A stretch of 63,459 bases of DNA, the filler included, from Salisapilia sapeloensis CBS 127946 (lineage: Eukaryota; Protista; Oomycota), in assembly GCA_023334545.1 (NCBI GenBank). It is 11 parts of 11 records of this genome, joined end to end, with 100 filler letters (N's around TTAATTAATTAA, not from the genome) between each part and the next. Parts side by side here need not be neighbours in the genome. Positions count along the whole stretch, not along the records: positions 1 to 31,775 come from JAADVB010000216.1; 10 more parts are not named here. One strand, given 5' to 3'. Position numbers and translations under genes: made by a program. This document shows positions 11,609-23,036 of this stretch, piece after piece. The notes under the pieces are model-generated. The model did no database searches and was not told the origin of the DNA. It was given only the letters and a program-made list of their open reading frames with translations. Position 1 is the stretch's first letter. Each line of letters opens with the position of its first letter.

Positions 11609-12705
11609 ATGACAAGTGGACCGTCGAGTGCAGACACAAGGGGCTTTACTGCTGTGCCAGTGGATGGTGAAAAGGCACCTCTACTAGCCAATGCTACGGC
11701 GGACCAAGGCGTGGAGCTCGAGTCAGCGTCATCGACTGCGGAGCATTTCCGTCATCCTCATTTGCTTGGACTGACACTCATTACGCTCGCGACGTTCACC
11801 TTAAGTATTGTCTCTGTCTGCGTAAAGATTGTTTCGAAGGAGTTATCGTCGATGGAAATGGTCTTCTGGAGATCACTCATTGCGTGGGTATTAAACTTTA
11901 TTACGATGCAAATCAAGGGAGTGGATATGCATGTTCGAAAGGATCAAATACCGACGCTGGCGATTCGAGCCATTGGCGGTGTCTTTGCCATGTCCCTTAG
12001 TTTTTATGGCATGCAGCAAATGGTACTGGCAGATGCGACTGTACTCATCTATCTATCTCCACTGGCTACATTCATTGTCGTAAGGACTACTCTTGCGTAT
12101 ATTCTTGATACGTTGGTAACTAATGGTTGCACTAGGGGGCGATGGTGCTTGGTGAACGCATTGATGCTATCGGTTTGTCCTGTGCGATTTTCTCCTTCGT
12201 CGGCGTTATCTTTGTCGTTCGACCAGCTTTCCTCTTTGACAAGGACCAACTTCCGTCCGGCTCGGAGGCGTCGACATTTGCCATTGGATGCTGCATTGCC
12301 TCGGCCTTCCTCCAAGCTGTTGTCTACGTTGCCATGCGTAAATTACAGGATCTCGAGATGATGACGATTGTCCATTATTTCCTACTGACTGGCGTGCTCA
12401 TCTCTGGAGCATCCCTCCTCTTCATCCAACGAAGCTTTATTCTTGACATGAGCCTTACGACGTGGGTGGCTGTGATCATCGCCGGCATCACTGGCTTTGT
12501 CGGGCAGCTGCTCCTCACGCGAGGTTTCCAGATCGAAAATGTTGGCATCGGTTCCGTCATGCGCTACTTGGGCGTTGTCTTCGTCTTCCTATGGGACTCG
12601 CTATTCCTACAAGAGCATATCAACCCATGGAGCATCCTCGGTGCCGTTATCGTCTGCGGCGGCGCCATCGCAGTAACCTTGCGCAAGATGCACATCTCGA
12701 GCTAG
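11609..12705 (+). CDS. EamA/DMT-family transporter (2 exons)
   Basis: About 10 hydrophobic helices, with EMVFWRS, LADATVLIYLSP, LGER and GQLLLTRGFQ. An intron near 12080-12130 joins two ORFs. Confidence 0.85.
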
Positions 12706-13048
12706 TCAACACCCGTACAAGATCCACATACTAGAACCCATAGTAAACAAGCCATCCATGATTTTTCGACAAAGTAGCTTTGTACAACCGTATCAAGACC
12801 TTTTGCCGCATCATAAAATCTATCTCACATGCACTAGACCATTCAACTTCCAACATAGCTCGGATAATCCGCTCCAAAGCGATATATTCATCGTAGTCTG
12901 GCTACAACCTTTCAGGATTACTCTTGTACTTCAACCCTTATCGCGACTTGCCCATCTTCTGTACCCTTTTTTACATATCGAAATTTGTATATGGTACCAC
13001 CGGTTCTCAGGCAGTACTCGATTGTCCATTTGTGAAAGAGAGACGAAG

Positions 13049-14335
13049 ATGGCAGACCTACTCGAGGAGCTTCTCGCGTCCAATGATACGCCGCTAAGTC
13101 AGCTCTATGCTGATGCATCTCATCCAGTCCAAGAGACAAAACAAGCCGTCGCCTCGGCTGCTTGTAGTAGTATCTGGGCCGAATGGTCCTACGAGACACT
13201 CAACTCGGTGAAAACCGAGCCAACGCCCGTCCAGCAGCGTCGAGAAAGGAATCGAGAGGCCATGAGGAAGGCCAGACAGCGGAAACGTGAACAAGTACTT
13301 CAATTACGAGACACGGTGGAAGAGCTGGAAAAACGGTACAAGCAGATGAGTGAGACGGCACTGACGACCACCGGAGCTGGGGAGCTCGATGATGAAGCCA
13401 GGCGTCTTGGGGCTGAGAACCTGCACTTGCGTACGGCTATTCAGAACATGCAGCGTTGGAAACATCGACTCTTCCATCTCTTCGAAGCTTCCTCGACGTC
13501 ACCAGCTCGATCGACGTCGGCGTCCATGACGACGCAAAAGCTGGAGCAAGAGGAGATGCAAGCAGCCTTTGGGTATACTCTAATGACATGTCCAGCCATG
13601 CAAGAGTCTGCTTCACTCTCTCGAGACTCGATGATGGATCTTCGAGAACGTCTATCAAGTCTCGAGGCGATGGAAAAGGATAAGACCACGATGCTATCGT
13701 CTTCCTCATCTTTCGAAGACTTCCGATCGATGGATATCTTTGATTGGCAAGTGAACCAAGTCGTACGTGGGAAAATGGCTGAATTCACATTTAAAAAGCT
13801 CGTGAAGAACGTCCGACCAGAGGATGTGATGCAAACGACGTGGAATACATTGCGTCGAGTGGACAATTTGTCCAAAATCCAGCCAGAGGTACGTCGCCTA
13901 GATATCTTGCAAGACGAGAAAGATGTCTATGTGGTTGGAAGAGATGCACAGCCGCGTGGATCCTCTGCTGTCCTCCGCTCGCTTCTTCTCACGTACAAGC
14001 AGGAAGTGTCTAAATCCGATGAAAGAGCAACTTCTGGACATGGATATGTTATTGGTATCCAAAGCATGAACGGACGCAAAAGTGCGAGTCAAAGCCCTGT
14101 GGACGGAGGTGTCGTGTGGATGGATGTGGAAGAGCTGTTCGAGTTCATACAAGTGAATGCTGACGGGAGTCCAGTGGATGAAGCAGACACGAGCGAACGA
14201 TGGTGTGAAATTCGATTCACGAGTCGTACGAAGTGTACGAACGCTTCTCATGCCTATCGTTGTGCTCGCGAAACACTGAATCGTATCATTCGATGGGGAG
14301 AATTGCATGTGAATCCGATCTTGTATATCAACTAA
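13049..14335 (+). CDS. bZIP-like transcription factor with C-terminal START/helix-grip-like domain
   Basis: Basic region RRERNREAMRKARQRK (N-x7-R) followed by a Leu/Val heptad zipper. The C-terminal about 230 aa resemble the oomycete bZIP-associated domain. Start taken at MADLL. Confidence 0.7.
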   Translation: MADLLEELLASNDTPLSQLYADASHPVQETKQAVASAACSSIWAEWSYETLNSVKTEPTPVQQRRERNREAMRKARQRKREQVLQLRDTVEELEKRYKQMSETALTTTGAGELDDEARRLGAENLHLRTAIQNMQRWKHRLFHLFEASSTSPARSTSASMTTQKLEQEEMQAAFGYTLMTCPAMQESASLSRDSMMDLRERLSSLEAMEKDKTTMLSSSSSFEDFRSMDIFDWQVNQVVRGKMAEFTFKKLVKNVRPEDVMQTTWNTLRRVDNLSKIQPEVRRLDILQDEKDVYVVGRDAQPRGSSAVLRSLLLTYKQEVSKSDERATSGHGYVIGIQSMNGRKSASQSPVDGGVVWMDVEELFEFIQVNADGSPVDEADTSERWCEIRFTSRTKCTNASHAYRCARETLNRIIRWGELHVNPILYIN

Positions 14336-14383
14336 GCACAAACTTTTGCATTTTTTTTAACTCTGAACATATTTGCATTCACA

Positions 14384-17300
14384 CTACTTTAGATTCTTTG
14401 CTTTCTTTATGATCTCATCGATACGAACCCAATTCGTCTTCTCCATCCGTGCAACGATGTTTATAATTGATCGGAATCGACTTTCACCTGTTTGAAGGAC
14501 AGTGCTAACAACTACCCACTCCCGACGGTTCTTCTCACGGTATTCGGGATAATCAATCAACAATCGCTCATATGTCTCCCACTCGAGGACATAGAGTAGA
14601 GACATGCCTAAGGAAGAGCATGTTGCGGATCGAGGAATACCGTACAGCAAGGATAGTTCACCGAAAAAGTCACCACTCTCCTTGACGAGCTCAAATCCAG
14701 TGCCATGAACCAAGATCTTTCCATTCGCAATGAAGTACATGCCTCGGTCGACATCTCCCTTTCGAACAACGACTTCATTCGGAGAGCAAATGACATGCTT
14801 TAGACACTTGAGGAGAGACCGGAGGAAGGACTCGTCACAACTTTGGAGGACGGTAACTTCGGCGGCAAATGATTTTAATGTATGCTGGGCAACGTCTTCG
14901 GCCAACAGGATGGACAAGTTTTCCAGTGCCTCAAAGTCTTCATGACCATGGTAGCGTAACCAAGTGTTCGTGTAGTATTGCCGCAGTCGCTCTCGAATGG
15001 CCTTCGGGACCTCATTGTTCTTGACGAAATGATAAATCTCAGCCAAGTTCTGTTCAAATGCCATCTCTCGCTTGTACTTCGCTTCCAGTCGCTCCCCATG
15101 AGCAGCGACGAGCATGCCAAAGATCAAAATGCACACTAAAATAAGCCCGATTTCAACTAGGACTTCGATGATATTGGACGATGAAATGTCGCCGTAGAAG
15201 ACTGTGGAGATGGAACCGATGGAAAAGTGGACCGAACGCAAGTATCGGCGTGTGTACGAAATGTCGCTCATGGACGCATACAGGTCAATCGACATCATCT
15301 TGCTCATGGTCATCCAAGAGATGTGATACACACTCTGTGCGTACTTGCTTGCCAAGTACCATCCGCAGCCGATCCAATGACCGGACACCAGATAGGACAA
15401 GAGAGCTTGCATCACATGGAGTGTCGTGTCATTAATGTACTTGGATAGTGCAGTCGACAAGGCTTGGATTAGCTGCTCTTCCTTGACTTTAGATTGATAT
15501 ACAATGACAAGCTTATTGAGTTGGCAAAGGCCCAAGTAGAAAAACCAGTTACTTGATAACACATTCGTCGTAGAAAAAAGTAACCAGAGATCCAACGGTA
15601 GAGCGATCAACGTATCGCTTAAGAGTGTAGTCAGCCATGAATTACTGCTCGTTGCCTTAATAAAGGCTGCAGCTCCCGTACGTGCTTCATCTGCACCGAG
15701 GAACACGGTTCGACGAAGTATGACGTCGAGTATGCAAATAGCATCAATGAGTGTGCACAAGATTCGAAGGGCTGTTAGATCAGCATCCAGTTCTTCGCGC
15801 ACATCGTAGAATGAGTAGAAACAGAGGATGATGGGGAGGGATATCGCGTAGTACAGAGCGATGACGTTGAAGATACATTCCCAAATGATGGACAAGCGAC
15901 CGAGCGTCACAAAGAAATCTTTCGCCGTCTTGGCAGCATTGAAACCCATCTTTAGCATCGCTGTTTTGTTCTTAGTTAAAAGTCCCAACTGTAATGACGC
16001 CAAAGTGTTCTCCGCACGCGCTTCCGATACGGCTGAATGAAACCACTTTTGTTTATATCTCGTCCAGCCCATGTAGATTCGAAAGATCTTCGCGAACTGC
16101 GGTTGGCGACATCGTTCCAACAGTTCATAGTCAAGGCTCAGCTTACTCTCAGCGTACTGCCTATTCGAATCCTCCAACTCTTCTCGAATCATTTCGGCAA
16201 AGTTTCTATTGAACAAAGGAAGCGATTGACTGCGTTTCAACATTCGTCGCCGTCCATTTTGCCTATTGAGGTTGATTGACGATGCACTTACTCCATCTAG
16301 CGCAGTCAAGCCTACACTGCTCATGTTTCGATGGAGTCGTCCATGCTTTTTCACAATCTTTACCTTTTTCACCGGTCTCTTTTGATAGTTCGATAGAAAA
16401 CGCATATCGTCCGTCGTGACGGCCTCTCCGTTGCCATATTTTTTTAATTTCACATCCGGACCGCAAAGTGTCCGTCGCGTTCTACGCACGCCTTCGTTCT
16501 TCTTATCACCACTCTTGTTCGCCTTTTCACGCTTGTTAAAGCTAGATTGAAAAGAATCGGCCATGAATATCGCGACTTTATACCTTCGCCAGCACTCATC
16601 TTCCATTTCATTCAACTCTTCATTTCCATAGAACTCGCGTTTACTTGGACTCACGGGATTAATCTGCACGGCCGAATCATTCTTTAGAGCAATGAGTTTG
16701 ACAAACGGAAGCGATTTCCGAGCACTCGACATGTAACTTTGTTTACTACAAGTTTGGTACTCTTTCTCCTTGTTGTCGTCAGAAATAGAGCCCATGCTAC
16801 TTCTGCTTTCAGCGGCATACACTCGAGAACCTTTCGAAGACTGTCGGCTCGTAAAAAATTGGGAAGCGTTTTGAATATAGCCAAGTAGAGTCTTAGCTAT
16901 GCTCTGGTCACCTATATGTCCTGAGAAACCACGAGTGCTATCTTGATAATGTAGTATCGGAGTTGTGACTGGCTTGTAGGTACTATATTTCTTGTGCACG
17001 GCCTGTCCTGTGGGTGGAGGTCCATCTCCAAACATAATTTCCTTGGCAATTTGCATCGTGATAACGCTATACGCTTTAAGTCGATCTCTTACCCACCGTT
17101 TAATAGACTTTTGCATCGCTGAGCTCTCTTCCGGTGGTAGCGTGCTAAGTAATTCATTCCACGCACCCCAATCAAGTACAAGCAATTCACTACATAATGT
17201 CGCTTGGATCGTCGCGATGCGTCTTTGGCCACGCAAGAAGAACGCTACTTCTCCAAATAAACTACCTGTATTTAATGTCGCGACGGCGGTTCCTGTTGCT

Positions 17301-20300
17301 CGCCAAAGTACCATGACCATACCATATTTTACAATATACAGTTTACTCGCATGATCTCCTTCAGTTACTATCGTATCACCAGGAATATAAATCTCTGATC
17401 GAAGACGCATGACTAAAGCATGCAAATGAGCTTTGCTCAAGAACGGAGCGAGGCTAAATGTTGGTAAGATGTCGCTGTGCAAATCGACCATGAGCTGCAG
17501 TTTTAGGTTCGGCGACAGGTCTTGGAACGTCGCGTAGATGTCCATACCTTTGAGGTACAGGTGCTGGAACTGAAAGTAGTGCAGGACGCGATGTCGTATG
17601 GACGCTGGTAGGTCATGGTCTTCAGCGAATTGCTCGAACGTCGCTACGCGTTCCATCATCTCTTTCTTATGTTTGTCCATTTGAAGGATCAAATCAGACA
17701 GCTCACCGACAATATGACCGACGATAAACGTACAGCAGAGGCAAGTCGCTGCTGCCCAGAGTGTACTGCCCGCTCCCAAAGGTACAATGTCCCTAGACCC
17801 AACAAGTGTCAACGTTGTGAGTGCCCAGTACAAGGCACGGATGTACACGACCAAGGGCTCACCTTGACTCTGATGAATGATAATATCGTTATTAACCCAC
17901 GAGTTCGGGTGGTCTTCATTCCGACAAATGAGGTAATAGATGGATCCTGCGAGGTGTGCGGCTATCACTAAATATAGGACGAGAATGATGGGCCCCAGCA
18001 ACCCAGATATATTGCGTTGGGATGCAAAGCGCTGTTGCAGGCGCATGATTAATGAGTCAAGCATGGACGGAAGTATGAGGACGCGTAGGAGACGAGGGAC
18101 TCTGCAAATGCTCATGATGAAAAAGTTACTTCCGATGTAATACGTCGGGAGGATACTCATCAGGTCCAGTCTCAATCCTTTTACGGCGTAATTATCGTCT
18201 CTTTCCGTGCGATAGAAGACATTCGATAACCCTCCTTCGCACTCAAAGTAGTATAGCTTCAGCAAGACGTCCATGGCTAGTGCCAAATCCACGGTTGCAT
18301 CCAGTAGCACCAAGATGAGCCACACATCATTCGATGGGTTTGGCAGGAAACCTATGCGATACAATACGGCAAAGATGTTGTACAAATTGATCATGAGCAT
18401 CACCAGGTCCCAATACAGTTTTCGCTGGCGCTTCTTTTGCTGTTGAAGCCACGTATCCTTTTCAGCAAACATACTGGTACATTTATCTACAAACTTTGTC
18501 AACGTCGGCTGTGTCTGCAAGTTGTCAATGATGCTCTGCAGTGCGAACATTTCACTCATATCATCTTTCGCTGCCTTTAGCTTCAACTGCTCTAGTTCCA
18601 TCGGAAATCGACTTTCAATGTTCTTACTAAACGCTTGCTGTGAAATGACGGAAACTTCGACTACAGATGCTGCTACGAGGATTGTCGGTAAACTCTTTCG
18701 TAATATCAATTCCGACGTGCCATAGCAGTCGCCGTCACTTAATGCCCCAATTGGTGTCTTCCGGACTTCCTTGGCAAAAATATTAACACGGCCACGGATG
18801 ATGACGAACATCTCCTGGCAAACGTTCTCCAGAGCAAAATTGTCGCCGCGCTGGTAGATACGACGACGGAAGAGACCAGTGAGTTGATTCAAAAGCATGT
18901 CGTTCGTGATTTCACAGAAAAGAGGCACTCGTTTCACCGAGTCGGCGTGCAAAATGAGCGAAACCTGATGCTTTAACTTTCGTGGTAAGCTCGACAGGAG
19001 ACGATCTTCCGACGCCACCTTTTGGATGTAAACCTGTTGGTGGTAATACCGCCGGATCTGCGATCGAACGTCTTCCGAGATGCGAAAGTGGGCTAGTACG
19101 ATATTCACTGTATTCATCTTGTCAGAAAAGTTTCGACTGCGAGCGGTGAGGTTGGAGATGATCGTGGACATGGCACCAACGACGCTGTAGTTGATGATTC
19201 CGCCTATGAACACCCAAACAGCAGCAAAGTAGCTCTCCAAAGTCGAGTACGCGACTATATCACCGTATCCGACTGTCGTCAGTGTTACGATCGCCCAGTA
19301 GATGGATCGAAGGTAGGCAAACGATGATGGGTACATCGATTCAGTAGCGTCTTGAATAGGGAATACGGTTCCAATTTGCGCATAGGCATCATTAATCGCC
19401 CAGGAGCAGTTGCTGAATTGAGTTGCGTACATTAAGCATGCTGAACAGTTCATGTTTTCATGTATGCCTTTAAATGTAGTGGCACTGTAACCTTGTAGAG
19501 CAGTCCAGAACCAGGAGCAGGCTGTAAAGTGGAGTGCCAGAGTCACATATAGAAATAACCTGACGGCATAACGCACCTTGGAGCTAATCCCGTGCTGGTG
19601 GCAAATGTCCCCCAGCACTGCATTAAAGTATTGTAGTCGGCCGAGTCGAATCAGTCGGAAGATAATGCCGAGCATATGAAGCTCTTCTAGTTGCGTAAAC
19701 TCTAACAGAGCTGCCAGTGGGACGACGGACAAGGCGTCAAAGACAAGTCCGGATTCCTTGTACTTTTGAAAGATGTACGAAGGGTCTGTGACGGTGATCA
19801 TGGCAAACTGATCGACGTAGGCAAAATATCGAGCGCGAAGGATTAAGTCAACGAAGAAAAAAACCTCTACGCCAATGGAGAAGATCGACTGGAGGTTAAA
19901 GATAGGAGTTACTCCGAACGGATAGGTTCCCCAGTCAAACACGACAAAGTAGGGCACTTCAAACGCCACGAGGACGATAAACAGGAATCGAGCATGTTCC
20001 CACCATAATCGAAACGTAGAGCCAGGTAACTTCCAATGGATGGCTACTTCCGATGACTTACCAAGAAGAGTGATACTAGAACCCCTTCGCAGATTTGCAA
20101 TTGCCATTCCACTTGTCCGTCCAAGCATTCTCTTCATCTTGGCGGACTGCTGATCTGTTCTTGTCAACATCGATCGCATATTCTCTAGTGTCTCCTCCGT
20201 GCGTTCCCGATAGAATATACAAAGTGTCTTTCGAAAATCCGATTGTGGTAATTTGTACACTTCTGTGAATGTAATTGCTCTCGCTGTTTCGTCAGCTTTC

Positions 20301-21805
20301 CCGGAGAAGAGTAGACTGTTTTCAGCAAAGTACTCACCGACATTCACACGCCTCGGCTGTGACTGATTGAGAAATTCTTGGAATACTGCACCACGGAGTA
20401 AGAAATACATGCCGTCAGGGACCTTTTGGATAATCCAGTCCTTTGGCGAATACGATTGGTGCGCCATCTTGAGCGACAAGGTATTGATAAACTCGTCACT
20501 TTCTTTCGCTAAGAACGGAACATGGTGCAGTCGTTGGGACTTTAAAACGCTAAACACACTCACACGCAAATGTTCTGGCAATCGTTCGATGACACCTCCC
20601 TGCTGTAAACTCTGATGCGTCGTCCAGACGTTGTTATAGTAAGCCAACACGCGCGCTCGGACTTCTTGTGGAAACTTGTTTGCCTCCATGAACTCGACTG
20701 TATCGTCGAGAAACGACATGAACTCTTGCTTACGACGGTTTTGATACCGGAAGATAAATAAATAAGCAGCAATAAGAGAAGTGCTAAAGATAGCGCCGAG
20801 GATCTGTGCGACGAGACCGTAAATGGTCTCTGCATTCGTCACGGGAGCAACGTCGTATAGTCCAACTGTCACCATGGTTTTGGATGCCCAGTAGATGGCC
20901 CTAGCGTACTTGCGAGAGGTGCTTGCGCCAATAAGACGGTCTTCAATTGCCCAACAAGTGTACATCGTCTCCATCCCGACACCGGGTGCGGGATTTGTAG
21001 ACACGCCTTTGGAGCATAAACTATAATCGATACCGCACTCTAGATGAGCGATGAGCAAGTATCCGCAAGCAAGCCAATGGCACGCAGTTAATCCTTGTGC
21101 GACGATATGTAGCAAGATGGCATTCGCTGTCCGCTCAACGAATTGCACCGCTTTGGTTTCCTCGAATATCGTCTTGATCTCATGCAGACACGCAGGTACT
21201 CGATGCAGTCGAAGTACTTTAAAGAACCGAAGAAGGTGTAGAGAATTCGGTCCAAGCGGTATGGCTAAGAGTTCCATGGGCACCATGGAAGCAATTTCGA
21301 GTGCCAATGACGATCGAATGTCCACGTCCGTAAGTGATTCTGGTACAAGCGTATTCAATGACCAGGTGATAATCATAGACGACTTCGCTGTCAATACACT
21401 TCGCTGTGATCGTTTCTGTCGCTTCGCACGTGCTCTCGGATTGACAAACGCACCTCCAGCACCAACAGCAATCGCTGCTAACTTTCGTCTTCGTGCATGA
21501 AAGATTTCACGTAATCCAAGAATTGCAGCCGAATCGGCCAAGACATCCATGATCGAAAAGACTGTCAACGTGATCGTCCATCCTTCCAACCACCCGAACG
21601 TATTGTACGGATCGTAAAAAAGACCAATACGCAAGGGGATACTAATAAAGATGTACATCAATTCAATCGTCGCGACAATCACTTTAATTGCCCGTTTCCT
21701 TCGTCTATACATGCGTTTCCATCGTCGACAATGATGTGGTAAGTGCATGAAGAAGACAGATAGGCGATTCCATTGCCAATGCGCAAAGCGGAGTACTCGT
21801 TGCAT
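14384..21805 (-). CDS. Four-repeat (pseudotetrameric) cyclic-nucleotide-gated K+-type channel, 2473 aa, single ORF
   Basis: Four 6TM + pore + C-linker + CNBD modules. Pore motifs are TVGLYD, TVGYGD, TLVGSRD and TVFYGD. Confidence 0.9.
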   Translation of the reverse strand: MQRVLRFAHWQWNRLSVFFMHLPHHCRRWKRMYRRRKRAIKVIVATIELMYIFISIPLRIGLFYDPYNTFGWLEGWTITLTVFSIMDVLADSAAILGLREIFHARRRKLAAIAVGAGGAFVNPRARAKRQKRSQRSVLTAKSSMIITWSLNTLVPESLTDVDIRSSLALEIASMVPMELLAIPLGPNSLHLLRFFKVLRLHRVPACLHEIKTIFEETKAVQFVERTANAILLHIVAQGLTACHWLACGYLLIAHLECGIDYSLCSKGVSTNPAPGVGMETMYTCWAIEDRLIGASTSRKYARAIYWASKTMVTVGLYDVAPVTNAETIYGLVAQILGAIFSTSLIAAYLFIFRYQNRRKQEFMSFLDDTVEFMEANKFPQEVRARVLAYYNNVWTTHQSLQQGGVIERLPEHLRVSVFSVLKSQRLHHVPFLAKESDEFINTLSLKMAHQSYSPKDWIIQKVPDGMYFLLRGAVFQEFLNQSQPRRVNVGEYFAENSLLFSGKADETARAITFTEVYKLPQSDFRKTLCIFYRERTEETLENMRSMLTRTDQQSAKMKRMLGRTSGMAIANLRRGSSITLLGKSSEVAIHWKLPGSTFRLWWEHARFLFIVLVAFEVPYFVVFDWGTYPFGVTPIFNLQSIFSIGVEVFFFVDLILRARYFAYVDQFAMITVTDPSYIFQKYKESGLVFDALSVVPLAALLEFTQLEELHMLGIIFRLIRLGRLQYFNAVLGDICHQHGISSKVRYAVRLFLYVTLALHFTACSWFWTALQGYSATTFKGIHENMNCSACLMYATQFSNCSWAINDAYAQIGTVFPIQDATESMYPSSFAYLRSIYWAIVTLTTVGYGDIVAYSTLESYFAAVWVFIGGIINYSVVGAMSTIISNLTARSRNFSDKMNTVNIVLAHFRISEDVRSQIRRYYHQQVYIQKVASEDRLLSSLPRKLKHQVSLILHADSVKRVPLFCEITNDMLLNQLTGLFRRRIYQRGDNFALENVCQEMFVIIRGRVNIFAKEVRKTPIGALSDGDCYGTSELILRKSLPTILVAASVVEVSVISQQAFSKNIESRFPMELEQLKLKAAKDDMSEMFALQSIIDNLQTQPTLTKFVDKCTSMFAEKDTWLQQQKKRQRKLYWDLVMLMINLYNIFAVLYRIGFLPNPSNDVWLILVLLDATVDLALAMDVLLKLYYFECEGGLSNVFYRTERDDNYAVKGLRLDLMSILPTYYIGSNFFIMSICRVPRLLRVLILPSMLDSLIMRLQQRFASQRNISGLLGPIILVLYLVIAAHLAGSIYYLICRNEDHPNSWVNNDIIIHQSQGEPLVVYIRALYWALTTLTLVGSRDIVPLGAGSTLWAAATCLCCTFIVGHIVGELSDLILQMDKHKKEMMERVATFEQFAEDHDLPASIRHRVLHYFQFQHLYLKGMDIYATFQDLSPNLKLQLMVDLHSDILPTFSLAPFLSKAHLHALVMRLRSEIYIPGDTIVTEGDHASKLYIVKYGMVMVLWRATGTAVATLNTGSLFGEVAFFLRGQRRIATIQATLCSELLVLDWGAWNELLSTLPPEESSAMQKSIKRWVRDRLKAYSVITMQIAKEIMFGDGPPPTGQAVHKKYSTYKPVTTPILHYQDSTRGFSGHIGDQSIAKTLLGYIQNASQFFTSRQSSKGSRVYAAESRSSMGSISDDNKEKEYQTCSKQSYMSSARKSLPFVKLIALKNDSAVQINPVSPSKREFYGNEELNEMEDECWRRYKVAIFMADSFQSSFNKREKANKSGDKKNEGVRRTRRTLCGPDVKLKKYGNGEAVTTDDMRFLSNYQKRPVKKVKIVKKHGRLHRNMSSVGLTALDGVSASSINLNRQNGRRRMLKRSQSLPLFNRNFAEMIREELEDSNRQYAESKLSLDYELLERCRQPQFAKIFRIYMGWTRYKQKWFHSAVSEARAENTLASLQLGLLTKNKTAMLKMGFNAAKTAKDFFVTLGRLSIIWECIFNVIALYYAISLPIILCFYSFYDVREELDADLTALRILCTLIDAICILDVILRRTVFLGADEARTGAAAFIKATSSNSWLTTLLSDTLIALPLDLWLLFSTTNVLSSNWFFYLGLCQLNKLVIVYQSKVKEEQLIQALSTALSKYINDTTLHVMQALLSYLVSGHWIGCGWYLASKYAQSVYHISWMTMSKMMSIDLYASMSDISYTRRYLRSVHFSIGSISTVFYGDISSSNIIEVLVEIGLILVCILIFGMLVAAHGERLEAKYKREMAFEQNLAEIYHFVKNNEVPKAIRERLRQYYTNTWLRYHGHEDFEALENLSILLAEDVAQHTLKSFAAEVTVLQSCDESFLRSLLKCLKHVICSPNEVVVRKGDVDRGMYFIANGKILVHGTGFELVKESGDFFGELSLLYGIPRSATCSSLGMSLLYVLEWETYERLLIDYPEYREKNRREWVVVSTVLQTGESRFRSIINIVARMEKTNWVRIDEIIKKAKNLK

Positions 21806-22075
21806 CCTACTGAACCAAATGCGCTTGGAAACTAGTCAAGAGTCTATTCGTCCGTTTCAATCGCCGAGACAAAGATGTCGTTTCACCTTCCATCTGCCTC
21901 TCAACATGTTGCTCGACTAGATAGATCGCTATCGACATGATATAGACAGATGTAGATGCCATCCACAGAACCAAGAGATAAAGATATTAAGTATGGCTTG
22001 AAAGGCAGAGCAATGTTTGCATTAAGCGTTCGTATTGCGATTCGTCGCTAGTCTAAGAGCAGCTATCCGGCGTTC

Positions 22076-22907
22076 CTAAATGGGCATCGAGAACTCATTG
22101 TACCCGGCCTTATCCTTGCCCTTCTTCTTGCCGCCCTTGGCCTTCTTCGCCTCTTCCCGCGCAATACGGACGGCAGCAGGCTCCGAGCTCTTCTTCTTCT
22201 TCCCCTTGCCTTTCACCACGGACTTGATGTCCACGACGCCTTGGGGCTCCTCCGCCGCTGGCTTGGCATCAGTCGCACGCTTCTTGCCCTTCTTCTTCTT
22301 CTTCTTGGAAGAAGATTCGCTAGTCTCATTGGCGGTGGAAGACGCCTCCAGTTCCTTCTTCTCCTCTGTCGCGTCCTCTTGCGCAGGAGCGTCGGCTATA
22401 AGACAAGATACGTAAAGGATCGAATGGATATAAATGGACTTGGAAACGTACTGGAGACGCCCATTTCAGCGAGAGCAGACTCGAACTCCTCCATCTCTCG
22501 TTGCTTCTTCTCCTTCTTGGAAATCGACTTGACCGGCGCCTTCTTGACTGGCTTGCTTTCCTCCACCGGCTTGGCTGGTTCCTCTTCCTCCTCCTCTTCA
22601 CTCTCACTCTCGCTCTCACTTTCACTCACATCTTCCTCCTCTTCCGTTGGTAAGGTCGCTGGTGGTGCCTCCTCTTCTTCACTATCGTCACCCCATGCAG
22701 ACGTTGATTTTTGGTTCACAAACGTCAGCACCTTCTTCGCATCCTTCGACTCTCCTTTCTTACTCTTCTTTTGACCAGATAAAGCTAGATATATATAAAA
22801 TAAATACATACACATGTACTTGACGACCTCAGCTATCATATGGACGTACCAGAAAAGACATTGGATGTCTTATTCCCCGTATCAACCTTGACCTTGGTGT
22901 CCATCAT
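22076..22907 (-). CDS. Lys/Glu-rich uncharacterised protein (3 exons)
   Basis: Spliced model MMDTKVKVDTGNKTSNVFSALSGQKKSKK...AWGDDSEEEE...ISKKEKKQREMEEFESALAEMGV...GYNEFSMPI, with GT-AG introns 22785-22849 and about 22398-22453. From memory it resembles a plant NVFAAL/SKKE..KKELAEL family. Confidence 0.65.
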
Positions 22908-23036
22908 CTCTACCTGTCGCGCCGTTTGTGAGATCGACCACCACCAGGTTATGTTTTACCGGACCATAGTGAAAACAAGTCAAAAGACGAGTACGAGGCA
23001 CGAGGAGCCAGGGAAGCGCATTCGAGGACACGTAGG

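Noticed and set aside
12758-13048. 97-codon in-frame extension upstream of the bZIP gene (similarly 9582-9662 for GH1 and 51421-51570)
   Set aside because: Pyrimidine-rich, promoter/UTR-like composition. Downstream ATGs give more plausible N-termini.
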